Shown one piece after another: positions 1-13,853 of a stretch of 64,000 nt of DNA. This DNA is from the human T2T-CHM13v2.0 reference genome, Homo sapiens, in assembly GCF_009914755.1 (NCBI RefSeq), contig NC_060940.1; one strand, written 5' to 3'. The notes beneath the pieces are model-generated. The model did not search any database, was not told the origin of the DNA, and saw nothing but the letters and a program-made list of their open reading frames with translations. Every line of letters begins with the position of its first letter. Positions within the stretch are counted from its first letter, which is position 1. Both the position numbers and the translations under genes were made by a program.

Positions 1-690
1 TCAGGAATGTCAAAAGCTGAGTAGCCACATGTCAATTCCCTGATCTCTTTTTTCCTATTTGGCATTTTTGAATTAGGAAAAATTAGAACTAACATTTAAT
101 CAATATCTACTTATGTCATGTACTATGGTGAGTGATTGGCCCACATTTTTATTTTTTTTCCCCCCAAAATGTCATATCACACTATTTTCTTTTTGGAGTT
201 GAAATAATGGAACATTACTTAAAACTGATGATGTTCTAGTATAATACAGCTGGTGAAGGGGTAAATAACTGATAGAATAAATCAGTTTTAGAGTTGAGAT
301 CCAAAGTCTAACTCTCCACTAGAAAGTGTTAACAAGAAACTGACGGTCTAAAACAGGCGGAAATTGGTATCCATACCCATGCAGTTCCACAATAACTAAC
401 CAGAGCTGGGCCAAGAAAAAACAATGTGAAGAACAAATAGTAAATATTGAATATTTGCTAGAGAAAGTAACCACCCTTCTCTTCCTATTTACTTGGTGGA
501 AAAAAAGAGGAAACCCCTTTCCAAATCTAGATCTGGCAAATCAAATCAAATTCTCAGGTATGAAACATCAGCATCAGGTGAATTAAAGAGGTAGAGTTAG
601 CTACCACGCTAGGGGGAGAAACAACAGAGATATGGCCCCTAATAGATATACCCAAGTTTTGAAGTACAAGCTGTGGGAAGCCTGTGAAAT

Positions 691-1317
691 TGATACAAGG
701 GCTTAAAAAAATTATTTAGGCAGATAGTGAGGGTAAGAGAGACCTTTGTGAAATTTCCTTTTAATAAAAAGCAGCCCCAAAGTAATTTCTTTTCTAACAA
801 AAAGCAGCCTGAAAAATCAAGCTGCAAACATAGCTAAGCAAGCAGGAAGCTTGCATAAGTAAATGCCAGCAGCTGCGCCAACAGAAAAGGGATACCTGGC
901 TTCCAGGTATGTTCAACATGGAGGCTCATTCTTCCCTTTTGTTTGTTGCCAAGTGTGCAGTAAAGAAGCAGACAACATGGCTCCGGCCAGGTAGAGAACC
1001 TATCTGCATAATAAAAGACTAGGGGAGAGTGGCCAGCTTCCTCAAGCACTATGTAAATGGCACACCTGGTCCAACCAATCCCTTGTGCCCTATGTAAATC
1101 AGACACTGCCTCCTCAAGCTCATCTATAAAATCAACTACATCTCCCCACTAACGGGAAGATCTGCTCAGAACCCCATCCCTTTGCACGAGGGAGCTTTCC
1201 TCTTTTGCCTGTTAAACTTCCACTCTTAAACTCACGTCTTGTGTGTCTGTGTTCTTGATTTCCTTGGCGTGAGGCAACAAACCTCGGGTATTACCCCAGA
1301 CGATTGAAGACACTTCA
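691..1317 (+). mobile_element. Solo ERV1 LTR, LTR9-like
   Basis: Starts TGATACAAGG..ATTATTTAGGCAGATAGTGAGGG and ends ..CACTTCA (TG..CA). 4-bp TSD AAAT at 687-690 and 1318-1321. CCAAT at 1075 and TATAAAA at 1125. Family recognised from memory. Confidence 0.8.
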
Positions 1318-1480
1318 AAATTACCTCATTCCTGCACCTAATCCCATGTATATAGGGTGCATATTTAGTATATCATCCAAATTAGGACCCTTCTTGAAGT
1401 GTGTGAAGGCCCTAATAATAGTCAGATTTTGAGAGAAGGAATAAACCAGGATGATTCCAAAAGAGTTCAATATGTGTTGA

Positions 1481-1859
<379 letters not shown>

Positions 1860-2910
1860 CTGCCTCTCCACGTTTTTCTAGTTTATCAGGTTCTATATGT
1901 TCCTCAAATAGTGTCCTGCAATGCCCAAGATACACTTTCTAAATTTGCTTTCCCAAAGACCAACATTTCTACATGCTCTAAATTATTTTCTATCAAAAGG
2001 AAAATAGGCTCTTTTGCCAAGTAACTCATTTTCCACCACTGGGGAAAATGAGAAATTTTGGAAATAGAATATTTTATCTCATCCATAAAGTCAACAAATT
2101 AGTTCCGAAAGCCTAAGAGAAACTCACGCAGAGCTCCTATAATCCCAGAGACCACCCATAGGAAACTTCAGGGGAAAGAACGACAAAAGAGCCCCAAGAT
2201 TCCTAGTTATGTTTTTGCCTATCACAAATTAACATTTCATAATAATAACGCCTCATGGATCTGGCTAAGGAAATATTCTGACAGGGGCTTCTTTGAGGCT
2301 ATCAAATGAAAACTCTGTTGTTTTTCTTACCCAAACATTATGAGAAGGAAACAGGTAAAATAGCTGGAATGATCGTCATTCATCATTTGGCACTGAAAAT
2401 CTGAGCCTGTCTCTTGGGCATCTTTTCAGTTATTTATGTTTCCTTTTTGGTCCATGTATGATAAACTTTTGTCTGCAAAATAAATCACCTGAAGACAGCA
2501 GTAATGTTTCAATTTTTATGAACACAAAATATATAATAACTAATCAGAACTATCAACAATGCAAAATGACTACAATGAGTCATATTTTCAGACATAAAAT
2601 GGGACTCTGATGTTGCAATACCTGCTGTAGCATTTTCATCAGAAAACGTAGAACTCCTTTTAGAGTCCTGAAATGATGCATGTGGTTTTCATACCTCTAG
2701 CTCTAATTTTAGCTAGCAGTCTTTTAGAAAGCAGGGAACCCCTAATTTTAATAGCACCTTGAGACCAATGCTTTATTTTAAGAGAGAAAAGAAGTAAATT
2801 CTAGGGAGAGAAAGTAGTATTCTCACGCAGTGTTACACTGCTAGTGAGGACCACAGTTAGAACTGGAGACTGGATGGAGCTGAGTCCCTGGCTCATTACA
2901 CTGTTTTCTT

Positions 2911-3365
2911 CCAGCTTTATTTAGATATGATTGATAAAAATACATTTAAAGTGTAAAAATGTGTTGTTTTGACATATATATTCATTGTGAAATGGCTACC
3001 ACAATCAAGCTAACATATCCGTCACCTCACTTACCTACCATTTGTATGTGTGCACATACATGTGTGTTTACACAGTGAGAACATGAGATCTACTCTCTTA
3101 ACAATTTCAAGAATTATTATTAATTACAGTCACCATGCTGTACATTATGTCTCCAGAACTTAACTGAAAATTTGTACCTTTACCAATATTTGCACTTTTC
3201 TCTCTCCCTCAGCTCCTGATAACCACTATTCCACTTTGTTACTATGAGTTTGAATTTTCTTTTTTTTTATTCCACATATAAGTGTGATCATGCAGTATTT
3301 GTATTTCCATGTTTAGCTAATTCCATTTAGTATAATGCCCTCCAGGTTCATGCATGTTGTTGCAT
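2911..3365 (-). mobile_element. Old L1 (L1MA/L1MB-type) 3' end fragment
   Basis: Motifs typical of reverse L1M 3' UTR: CATTGTGAAATGGCTACCACAATCAAGCTAAC, GTCACCATGCTGTACATTA, TTCCACATATAAGTGTGATCATGCAGTATTTG. Confidence 0.8.
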
Positions 3366-3859
3366 TTGTATCAACATCTTTGCCCTCATGACCATCTTTG
3401 TCCTCTGATACCTACCAGTGCTCTTAATTTTAATATTACTGTTTTTTCTTTGTGTATGCCATCCTATAATCTCTACTTAAGTCTCATATGGTAATATTGA
3501 CCTTCTCTTGGCCTCCTTACACCCTGGCTTTAGCCTTTGTTTGTGTATTACCTTGGTCTCTCTTTATCCTTTATTTATGAATGCATTTATATAGCTTAAC
3601 CTTTGATAACATGCATATTAAATAGAATAGGCTTTAAAAAGTCTCTGATCCTTTTTTGTCTCTTTGCATTCTCCTACATTTATAAACTTGGAATAAAAGC
3701 TATTAAATGCATTAAAAATAAAAGAAACAAAATAGTATGAGAGGGATACATTTTTAAGGCTGATCATAATACTAAATATTGTCAGGTCTATATTTTAAGG
3801 AAAACAAAACTGCTAGTCTTAAAGGAGGCACTTTAGAAATATGCCCTAGACTTTGGCAA

Positions 3860-4090
3860 CAGTCTTCTAGCTGGTGTCTTGGCTAGCAGCCACCTTCTCC
3901 TCCATTTCATTTCCATCCAACTGCTGAATTGATCTTCCTAAAATGCAAAATGCATCATTTCATTTAGCAGTCTAAATGCCTTCTGTGACTTCCTATTGCT
4001 TAGAGAAGAGAAGATACATTCATTAACTTTGAGGTTTTTCCATAATCTGCCCTACCCTCACCTTTCTACTTGTGTAGCCTTGTCTCTGGC
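3860..4090 (+). mobile_element. L2 fragment
   Basis: Degenerate match to the L2 3' region (AACAGTCTTCTAGCTGGTGTC..GATCTTCCTAAAATGCAAAA). Boundaries approximate. Confidence 0.5.
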
Positions 4091-4552
4091 CCCTGATCAA
4101 GACAAGTGGGATGCTTCCCTGCTTAACAACAACAACAACAACAATCCTCTAATATATCATAACTTCCTTTATGCCTCAGTGACTCAGTGTATATCTTTTT
4201 TTTTCTGCTTCAGATTTAGCTCTCTCTTTTTGAATAGGAAACCATTTTCACCCTGCAAGATCAAATCTAAATTTTAGAATTTCTATAGTTTCCTAACTTA
4301 TGCATTCATCTTTTCTCAATCCATATACTCAGTCGAAAAATATTTGAGGGTGTTTTCTAGGTCCTTGGCTCTCTTTGAGATGTCAGGAAGAAAAATGCCA
4401 AAAAAAAAAAAAAAAAGACACACAAAAAAGCTTTTTTTTTCTCCCATGGCATTTATATCTTAAAGGCTAGAAAAATTAAAAATTAACAAATAAGTAAGAA
4501 TGTATTTTAAGATAATATTGAGTACAATAATAAAACCAAGGTTATAATGTAA

Positions 4553-4899
<347 letters not shown>

Positions 4900-5329
4900 T
4901 AGGGAGGCAACTTTTAGGAACCTTTTCTTGAACTGAATGAGTGAAGGGAGCTAGAGTGGGAGAGACAGAGATTTCAAAAGCGTGATATAGGAATACGAAA
5001 GATCTAAAATGAACCAAATTTGTTCTGTTTGAAAGAAAAATAACAACAGAAGAATGGTTTTATTGGAATGTGATACACAAATTGAAATTGGTAGAAGATG
5101 ATGCACACCTTGCTCCCTGGGGGATGAGGGGTGCAAATATCTATACATACTCCTGCATCACTGTTCTTATATCTATTTATTTTCATATTTATTTTGCTTT
5201 GTATGTTCACATATCAGAGCCCCTACTAGCTTGTGAGATACTTCCACAAAAATACAGTTTACACATTTTGTCATATTTTTCTGTGCCTAGAATGGCCTGA
5301 GAAAACACAAAGGGTGTGTAGACTCATAT

Positions 5330-5760
5330 GTTCATTCACTTATTTATTTCTTTATTTCAAATGTATTTACTGAGGGCCCAATAAAGAGCAGGTACTATGT
5401 ATAGACATTGGTGATAAACTGATCAGCTAAGATTGTTGTAGCCTCTGCCTTTATTATATAACATGTAGGTGATTCACCAAATTACTGCATTGATTAATAT
5501 AGTATTAAAATTTAATAGGTAATATAAAGGAGAGATACGTATACTATTTTTAGGAATCAGAGAAGATGTTCAGGTAGATTCTAAGCCACAATCTGAAGAA
5601 TAAATAGGAGCTTATTTCATGAATACTTTGCCTGAAAGAAGAGCTTAAGAAAAGGCCCTAGTTGTGGAGGGCAAGATGCACAGCATTGAAAGAAAGCTAC
5701 CCTTGCAAATCATATAAAGGATTTTGGCTTTTACTCTAAGAACAATGGGAAGTCCATCAT
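5330..5760 (-). mobile_element. L2 3' end fragments
   Basis: TTCATTCACTTATTTATT..ATGTATTTACTGAG..GGTACTATG (L2 terminus) and GGATTTTGGCTTTTACTCTAAGAACAATGGGAAG. Confidence 0.55.
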
Positions 5761-6836
5761 TTCATCTTAAGTAGCCACCCAAGTATTATTAATAATTAAC
5801 TATGCTTGACAAACACTGTGAGTTCCCACCTCATGGCTAATCAATCTTTTCTCTATCCCTACTGCTGCCATAAAATATAATAAGATAGCCAGATGACTTC
5901 CCTGACGAAAACATGACATAAAATAACCTTCCTGCTTTCTTTCCAGGATCACGCTTCCACTGTTTTCATCTAGATACCTGTTCTCATGCCATTCGTGTAA
6001 TGTTTATTGCCCTAAAAATGCAGCGTTGTCACTTGTCTTCGTGACTTTGAACCTCTGTTCATTTGTGCTGCCACACCTGAATGAATTCTCGTCGGAGGAG
6101 CAATAACCTGATTTATAATGAGATCAGGCATCTCTTCATGGGTCGTGTGCACAGGATTCAGAATCTGGGATTATCATTGACAATCTGGTATCTGTCTCAC
6201 GCAACCAGAAATTGTTATTCGTCTAGATGTGGAATACGAGAATTTGTGATACATTTTCAGGGTTGTTTTTCATTTTAATTTCTTAATTTTGATGAAATTA
6301 GCCTACAAAGGATATTAATGATCCTACCAATCAGAGTCAAAAGTTGTAATCCTGCTAGTGTCTTTAGGAATAGAATTCAAAACTGAGAAGGCTGCCTATC
6401 TCTACCCCAAACCAGCCTATATTTTGATTTAGTTTATGGAGGCAGAACAGAAAGTCTCTAAGAAATAATTTAAGTATCTTCCAAGAAAAAAGATACAGGG
6501 GAAAATGAATCAGGAATAATGTCACCATGCTGGGCACAATGTTCTAGTTTTATTACGACAGTAGTCACAGCTTCTGCATAAGATGTGGCTGCTTTATTGG
6601 ACCCTGCTGACCACTAACCATGACAAAACTAAAGAATAGCCCACCAAAAAAATATAAGCAAACGAAAGAGACAAAGTAAAGAAAATAACAAAACGTATGC
6701 TTCTACTTTACTTTCTCTCCCTCTCTTTCTCCCTCTCTTTCTCTCTCTCTGCATACATAAATTTTTCATTTGTTAGAAGCTGTACATATATGGGGAACAG
6801 AATCTTGCATAGCTGCTTTATTTATTCGTTGCAATG

Positions 6837-7036
6837 GGATTTCTCAACCTCTGCACTATTGATATTTTGGGCTGAATAATTTGTTGCAAGGGGCTATCCT
6901 GTGCATTGTAGCATTTTTAGCAGCATCTTTAACCTCTACCCACTAGATGCCACTAGCACCCTTCTGCCCCTGCCTGTGATACAAAAATATCTCCATATAT
7001 TGGCAAATGTTTCTTGGGGGCAACAGTGAGAACCAT
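6837..7036 (-). mobile_element. MER20 (hAT-Charlie MITE)
   Basis: TTTCTCAACCTCTGCACTATTGATATTTTGGGC..CTCTACCCACTAGATGCCACTAGCACC..TGAGAACCA matches the reverse MER20 consensus along its length. Confidence 0.85.
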
Positions 7037-7179
7037 AGTATTACAAAATGAATTAAGGGTCTAATATGATCAAGAAAATGTGCTAGATAATTTACATTTC
7101 CACATGCTCTGTGCCTTTGTCTATATATCTACATATGAAGCCCATTAAGTTGTGTATATCCTGTAGGGGTGATTCTTAC

Positions 7180-7690
7180 ATTATCTCATTTAATTCTCAC
7201 AAATATTCTTGAACCAGATATTTTTATTACCTTCAACTCATGTTGAAACTAAGGTTCAGAGAAGTTAAGTAACTAGCTTAAAATCGATAAACAATAATTG
7301 GTAGTGAAATACAAAAACAATAAAAGGTATAACCAGGATAGGAACCTAAATACTCTCATATAAACCACTGACAGATTGGGAACATTTTGATTAATTATCA
7401 TCTAGTTTGATATCTAAGTTTTACAAATAAAATTTTGAAATTCACTACCTTATTACTTTCATTATATTTCAAATATACACACAATAAAAATCTCTCATGC
7501 ATGTAAAAAAGAGCATATTTTCAAAGACCGTTCATGTCCTATTTCTGTTATATCTCTCATAACAATCCCATGAGGGCAGCATCGCAGGAGTTATGCTCAT
7601 TTTATAGCTGTAGTAACTGTGGATCAGGGAAGTTAAATGACTCACACAAGTACTTATAGTCTATGTACAACAGAACTTGGATTTATCTAA
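7180..7690 (-). mobile_element. Two MIR fragments (~7180-7300 and ~7545-7690)
   Basis: MIR core motifs GAAACTAAGGTTCAGAGAAGTTAAGTAAC and CTCATAACAATCCCATGAGG..GAAGTTAAATGAC. Confidence 0.6.
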
Positions 7691-7788
7691 TATATACATA
7701 TGCATATACGCACACAAATGTACACACCTATGTAAATGTCTGTCAGAATATCATGACCACTGGGTATGTCTCTAACATACTAATTTTG

Positions 7789-9520
7789 GGTTTTATTATT
7801 ATTATTTTTTAATTTCTTCTAAAAACAAAAATGGGATACATGTGCAGAACGTGCAGGTTTGTTACATAGATATACATGTGCCAAGGTGGTTTGCTGCATC
7901 TATTGACCCATCCATTAAGTTACCTCCCCTCAACTCCCACCCCACAACAGGCCCTGGTGTGTGTTGTTCCCCTCTCTGTGACCATGTGTTCTCAATGTTC
8001 AACTTCCACTTATGAGTGAGAACATGCGGTGTTTGCTTTTCTGTTCCTGTGTTAGTTTGCTGAGGATGATGGCTTCCAGCTTCATCCAAGTCCCTGCAAA
8101 GGACATAATCTTGTCCCTTTCTATGGCTCCATAGTATTCCATGGTGTATATGTGCCACATTTTCTTTATCCTGCCTATCATTGATGGGCATTTGACTTGG
8201 TTCCATGACTTTGCTATTATAAATAGTGCTGCAATAAACATACGTGTGCATGTGTCTTTATGGTAGAATGATTTATATTCCTCTGTGTATATACCCAGTA
8301 ATGGGATTGCTGGGTCAAATGATATTTCTGCTTCTAGATCCTTGAGGAATCACCGTACTGTCTTCCACAATGGTTGAACGAATTTACATTCTCACCAATA
8401 GTGTAAAAGTGTTCTTATTTCTCCACAGCCTCGCCAGCATCTATTGTTTCTAGACATTTTAATAATCGCCATTCTGACTGGCATGAGATGGTATCTCATT
8501 GTGGTTTTGATTTGCATTTCTCTAAGGATCAGTGATGTTGAACTTTTGTTCATATGTTTGTTGGCCACATAAATGTCATCTTTTGAGAAATGTCTGTTCA
8601 TATTCTTTGCCCACTTTTTGATAAGGTTGTTTTTTTCTTGTAAATATGTTTAAGTTCCTTGTAAATTCTGGATATTAGACTTTTGTCAGATGGGTAGATT
8701 GCAAAAATCTTCTCCCATTCTGTAGGTTGCCTGTTCACTCTGATGATAGCTTCTTTTGCTGTGCAGAAGCTCTATAGTTTAATTAGATCCCATTTATTAA
8801 TTTTGGCTTTTGTTGCGATTGCTTTTGGTGTTTTTGTCATGAGGTCTTTGCCCATGCCTATGTGCTGAATGGTATTGCCTAGGTTTTCTTCTAGAGTTTT
8901 TATAGTTTTGAGTTTTACATTTAAGTCTTTAATCCATCTTGAGTTAATTTTTGTACAAGATGTAAGGAATGGGTCCAGTTTCAGTTTTCTGCATAATGCT
9001 AGCAATTTTTCCCAGCACCATTTACTTAATAGGAGTTCCTTTCCCTATTGCTTATTTCTGTCAGGTTTGTCAAAGATCAGATGGATGTAGATGTGTGGTG
9101 TTATTTCTGAGGTCTCTGTTCTGCTACATTGGTCTATATGTCTGTTTGGTACCAGCATCATCCTGTTTTGGTTACTGCAGCCTTGTAGTATAGTTTGAAG
9201 TCAGGTAGCGTGATGCCTCCAGCTTTGTTCTTTTTGCATAGGATTGTCTTGGCTATATGGGGTCTTCTTTGATTCCACAAGAAATTTAAAATAGTTTTTT
9301 TCTAATTCTGTGAAGAATGTCAACGGTAGTTTGATAGGAATAGCTTTGAATCTGTAAATTACTTTGGGCAGTGTGGCCATTTTCAAGATACTGATTCTTC
9401 CTATCCATGAGGATGGAATATTTTTCCATTTGTTTGTGTCCTCTCTTATTTCCTTGAGCAGTGGTTTGCAGTTTTCCTTGAAGAGGTCCTTCACATCCCT
9501 CGTTAGCTGTATTCCTAGGT
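7789..9520 (-). mobile_element. 5'-truncated primate L1 (about L1PA8): ORF2 C-terminus plus 3' UTR
   Basis: Minus-strand ORF pieces match L1 ORF2 ([44 protein letters not shown]). 16-bp TSD TAACATACTAATTTTG at 7773-7788 and 9521-9536. Confidence 0.92.
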
Positions 9521-10990
9521 TAACATACTAATTTTGAATAATTGATCTCACTTTACAGCATCCTCAAATCCCAGGTAAGAAGTATTCAAAGTTCTTATTT
9601 ATTTTTCTTTTATACTTAGTAAGCTTTTGAACTATATTTACTCAAACACTTTTCCCTCGAAATCAGATTTCTTATATCTTGGTCATGGGAAATGGAATGT
9701 GATTATTTTACTTCAATATAAATCATGTGGAATGGACTTAAATGTACACAGATGCTATTTTAGAATTAAAGATTTCATGGAGGTGATGAGAAGAGGAGTG
9801 TGAAAAGAAGAATTGGGGAAAAGGTCTTGGCTCTCAAGGATTAACATAATTTACTTAGAATATGGCAGAATCTGGTAGGACCAGAGGAGTAATGTTGGAA
9901 GTCCATGAGGAATATAGTCAGACCCTTGAGTAATGTAGATGAATGGAACTTCCAGCACCTGGCTCTAGAACAAATCTCTTCAGTGTATGCGGAGAGAGAA
10001 CTGAAAAACCAAAGACGTTAGAAGATAATCTTTGGAGAGAGATGCAAAAGAAGGATTCAAATGAGAAAAGCCCAGAGAGTCCAAGTAAGAGACTACTTCA
10101 GGAGTACAGGCATGTAAAAGTTAATGCTGGAAGAGGCTTGAATAATTCAAAATTGTATTTTTTTTTTTTGGTCTTCATTAGATATTTTGTCTTGGAGTTT
10201 GTTAGGTATCACCCCTTCATGTTTTAGAAAAGATTGTTCCATAAATGTCATTTAGGTCAAGGCAAATGAAAGTGTTGTCTAAATCTTAATCCTTACAGAT
10301 GTTCTGTGTATTTTTCTTATCAATTACTGAGAGATATATACTGCAATATCTGACTGTGCATTTGTCTATTTCTCTTTGCAGTTTTATCGGTTTGTGACTT
10401 GTGCATTTTAAATCTCTGTTATTAGGTACATAAATATTTAAGGTTGTTATAGTCTCTTGAAGGCCTGCCTCCTTTATAATTATTAAATGATCATCTTTGT
10501 CCATAGTAACATATTTGCTCCAAAATATACTGTCAAATATTACTATTATATAATATGATATCCAACTTTATTTTGATAAATATTAGCATGGTATATCTCT
10601 TTCCATTCTTTTAGTTGTAACCTAATTTTGTCTTTTTAAAGATAATTTCTTTCAGCTAGCATGTTGGTGGGTCTTGCAGGTTTTTAAAAAAAATCTAATG
10701 GGATATTTGCTATTTGCATTTAGTTGTGTGATTAGTTTTAGGGCTATCATTTTATTTCTAGCTTTTTATTTGTCCTATGGTTTCTTTAATCTTTACCTGC
10801 CTTCTTTGAATGATTTCAAATTTTTATGACTCTATTTTATCTCCTTTTTTGGTTTATTAGCTGCAATTCCTTGTTTAATTAACTTAGTGGTTGCTTTAGG
10901 GTTTATAGCCTCCATCATAGCCTTTCAAAATATATCTTAGAGTAATATAATATCACTTCATGCATAATATAAGAAACTTATCATAGTATA

Positions 10991-12258
10991 TTGGGGGGTC
11001 TTCAGAAAGTTCATGAAAAGAACATATTATAAAAAACTATGCATGGATTTAAAATTTTTTGTACCAAAATAAACTCATACTTCCTTTTGTAATGTGTCTA
11101 CACAAGATCTAACTTGAGGTCATAAGAAGACATCAGTGTAAAAAGAGCTCCTACCTAAGCAATGTGAATTCTACTAAAATTGAAGCAAAAACAAACACCA
11201 ATTTTATAGTGAAGCTTGGGATGAAAAATGGTGAAATTACTGATGCTTTATTAAAATTTTATGTTGCAACAATGCTCCAAAGAAATGGATAATTCATTTT
11301 AAGAAGGGATGAGACAATGTTGAAAATGCAGTCTACAGTAGCAGACAATCCACATCCATTTTCAAAGAAAAAGTTCAATTTAATCATGCCCTAATTGAAG
11401 AAGACTGAAGGTTAACAGCACAAACAATAGCTCACACCGTAGATATCTCAATTAGTTCAGTGTACACAATTTTGACTGTAAAATTATAGTTGAGCAAACT
11501 TTCTACCCAATGGGTGCCAAAACCATTGCACCTAGATGAGCCACAGACAAAAGGAGAGCTTTCAATGGAAATTTTAAATACATGGGATCAAGATCCTGAA
11601 GAATTAATTCAAAGTATTGTAACAAGAGATGAAATATACCTTTACTAGTACAATCATGAAGACAAAGCACAGTCAAAGCAATGGAAATCAAGATGTGGAA
11701 GTGGTCCAGTCAAAGCAAAAGTGACATGGTCAAGAGCAAAGATCATGGCAACAGTTTATTGGGATGCTCAAGGTATGTCACTTGTTGAACTTCTGGAGGG
11801 CCAAAGAACAATGACATCTGCTTATTATGAGAGTGTTTTGAGAAAGTTGGCCAAACCTTTAACAGAAAAGCACCTGAGAAAATTTTACTAGAGAACCCTT
11901 CTCCATTGCAACAATGCTCCTGGCTCATCAAAGGGGCAGTTTTGTGACAGTTTTAAAGGAAAACCAGTAGGCGCTCACCTCACAGTCCTGATTTGGCTCC
12001 TTCTGACATCGTTTTGTTTCCTAATCTTAAAAAATTCTTTAAAGGCCACCCATTTATTTTCAGTGTATAAAATAAAAAATACTATGTTGACATGATTAAA
12101 TTCCTAGTACCCTCAGTTCTCTAGGGATGGACTAAATGGCTAGTATTATAACTTACAAAAGTGTCTTGACCGTGATAGAGCTTGTATTGAGAAGTAAAGT
12201 TTATGTATTTTATTTTCTCTTTTCATTTAATTTTTCACAAACTTGTTGAAGTCCCCTT
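10991..12258 (+). mobile_element. Full-length Hsmar2 mariner DNA transposon (~1.27 kb)
   Basis: Left TIR GGGGGTCTTCAGAAAGTTCATGAAAA preceded by TA. Right TIR TTTTCACAAACTTGTTGAAGTCCCCT. Internal transposase motifs present. Confidence 0.9.
11164..12197 (+). pseudogene. Dead Hsmar2 mariner transposase
   Basis: Start codon reads GTG (GTGAATTCTACTAAAATTGAAGCA). WVPKPL at 11511, IVTRDE at 11616, HSPDLAPSD at 11981. No long ORF in the track, so it is broken by stops/frameshifts. Confidence 0.85.
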
Positions 12259-12611
12259 TCATTTCTCCTGAAATTTGTGCTGTTACAGTCACAGAATTTG
12301 CTGTTATATATGTAAATAAACATCCCCACTAAATTATTTTTGTAAAAACACTCAATTATCTTTTAAAGAGATTAAAATAATAGAAAATATCTTATATATT
12401 TACTTTTGTAGTTACTCTTCGTTCTTTTGTGTAAATGTAGATTTTTAGATTAAATGATTTTTCTACTGTCTGAAGGATAACTTTTTAACCTTTCTTGAAA
12501 TGTGGGTCTGTTAGTGATTAATTAATTTTTCTTTAGTGTGTCAGAAAAAGTATTGATTTCATCTCTATCTTCATAGATATGATTGCTGGGAAAAGAATTC
12601 TAAGTTGATAG

Positions 12612-13147
<536 letters not shown>

Positions 13148-13487
13148 TAATGTGTACCTTTAAGTATTTTGTTTTATCACTGGTTTTGAGCAATTCAATT
13201 ACTGTGGGGCTTAGTGCTGGGGGCTTATTGAGATTTTAGGATCTATTTTTATTTTAAACTAATTTCGAGATTATTCATTCATCATGTTTTTGAAGCCAGT
13301 TTTCTCTTGTCTGTCTGCATTTTCAGAATTGTAACTACATGTACATTAGGTCATTTGAACCTATCTCACAACTCATAGATTATCTTTTCTTTCATTTTAA
13401 TTTTATATTTGTTTCGTTTTTTATGATTGTTATTGCTATACCTTCAAATTCACTATTTATATTTCTGCAATATTGTATCTTCCATAA

Positions 13488-13853
<366 letters not shown>

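Noticed and set aside
6081-6278. 65-aa ORF overlapping the CpG-retaining stretch
   Set aside because: No recognisable domain and a length expected by chance. The frames I read from the 5946 acceptor stop early.
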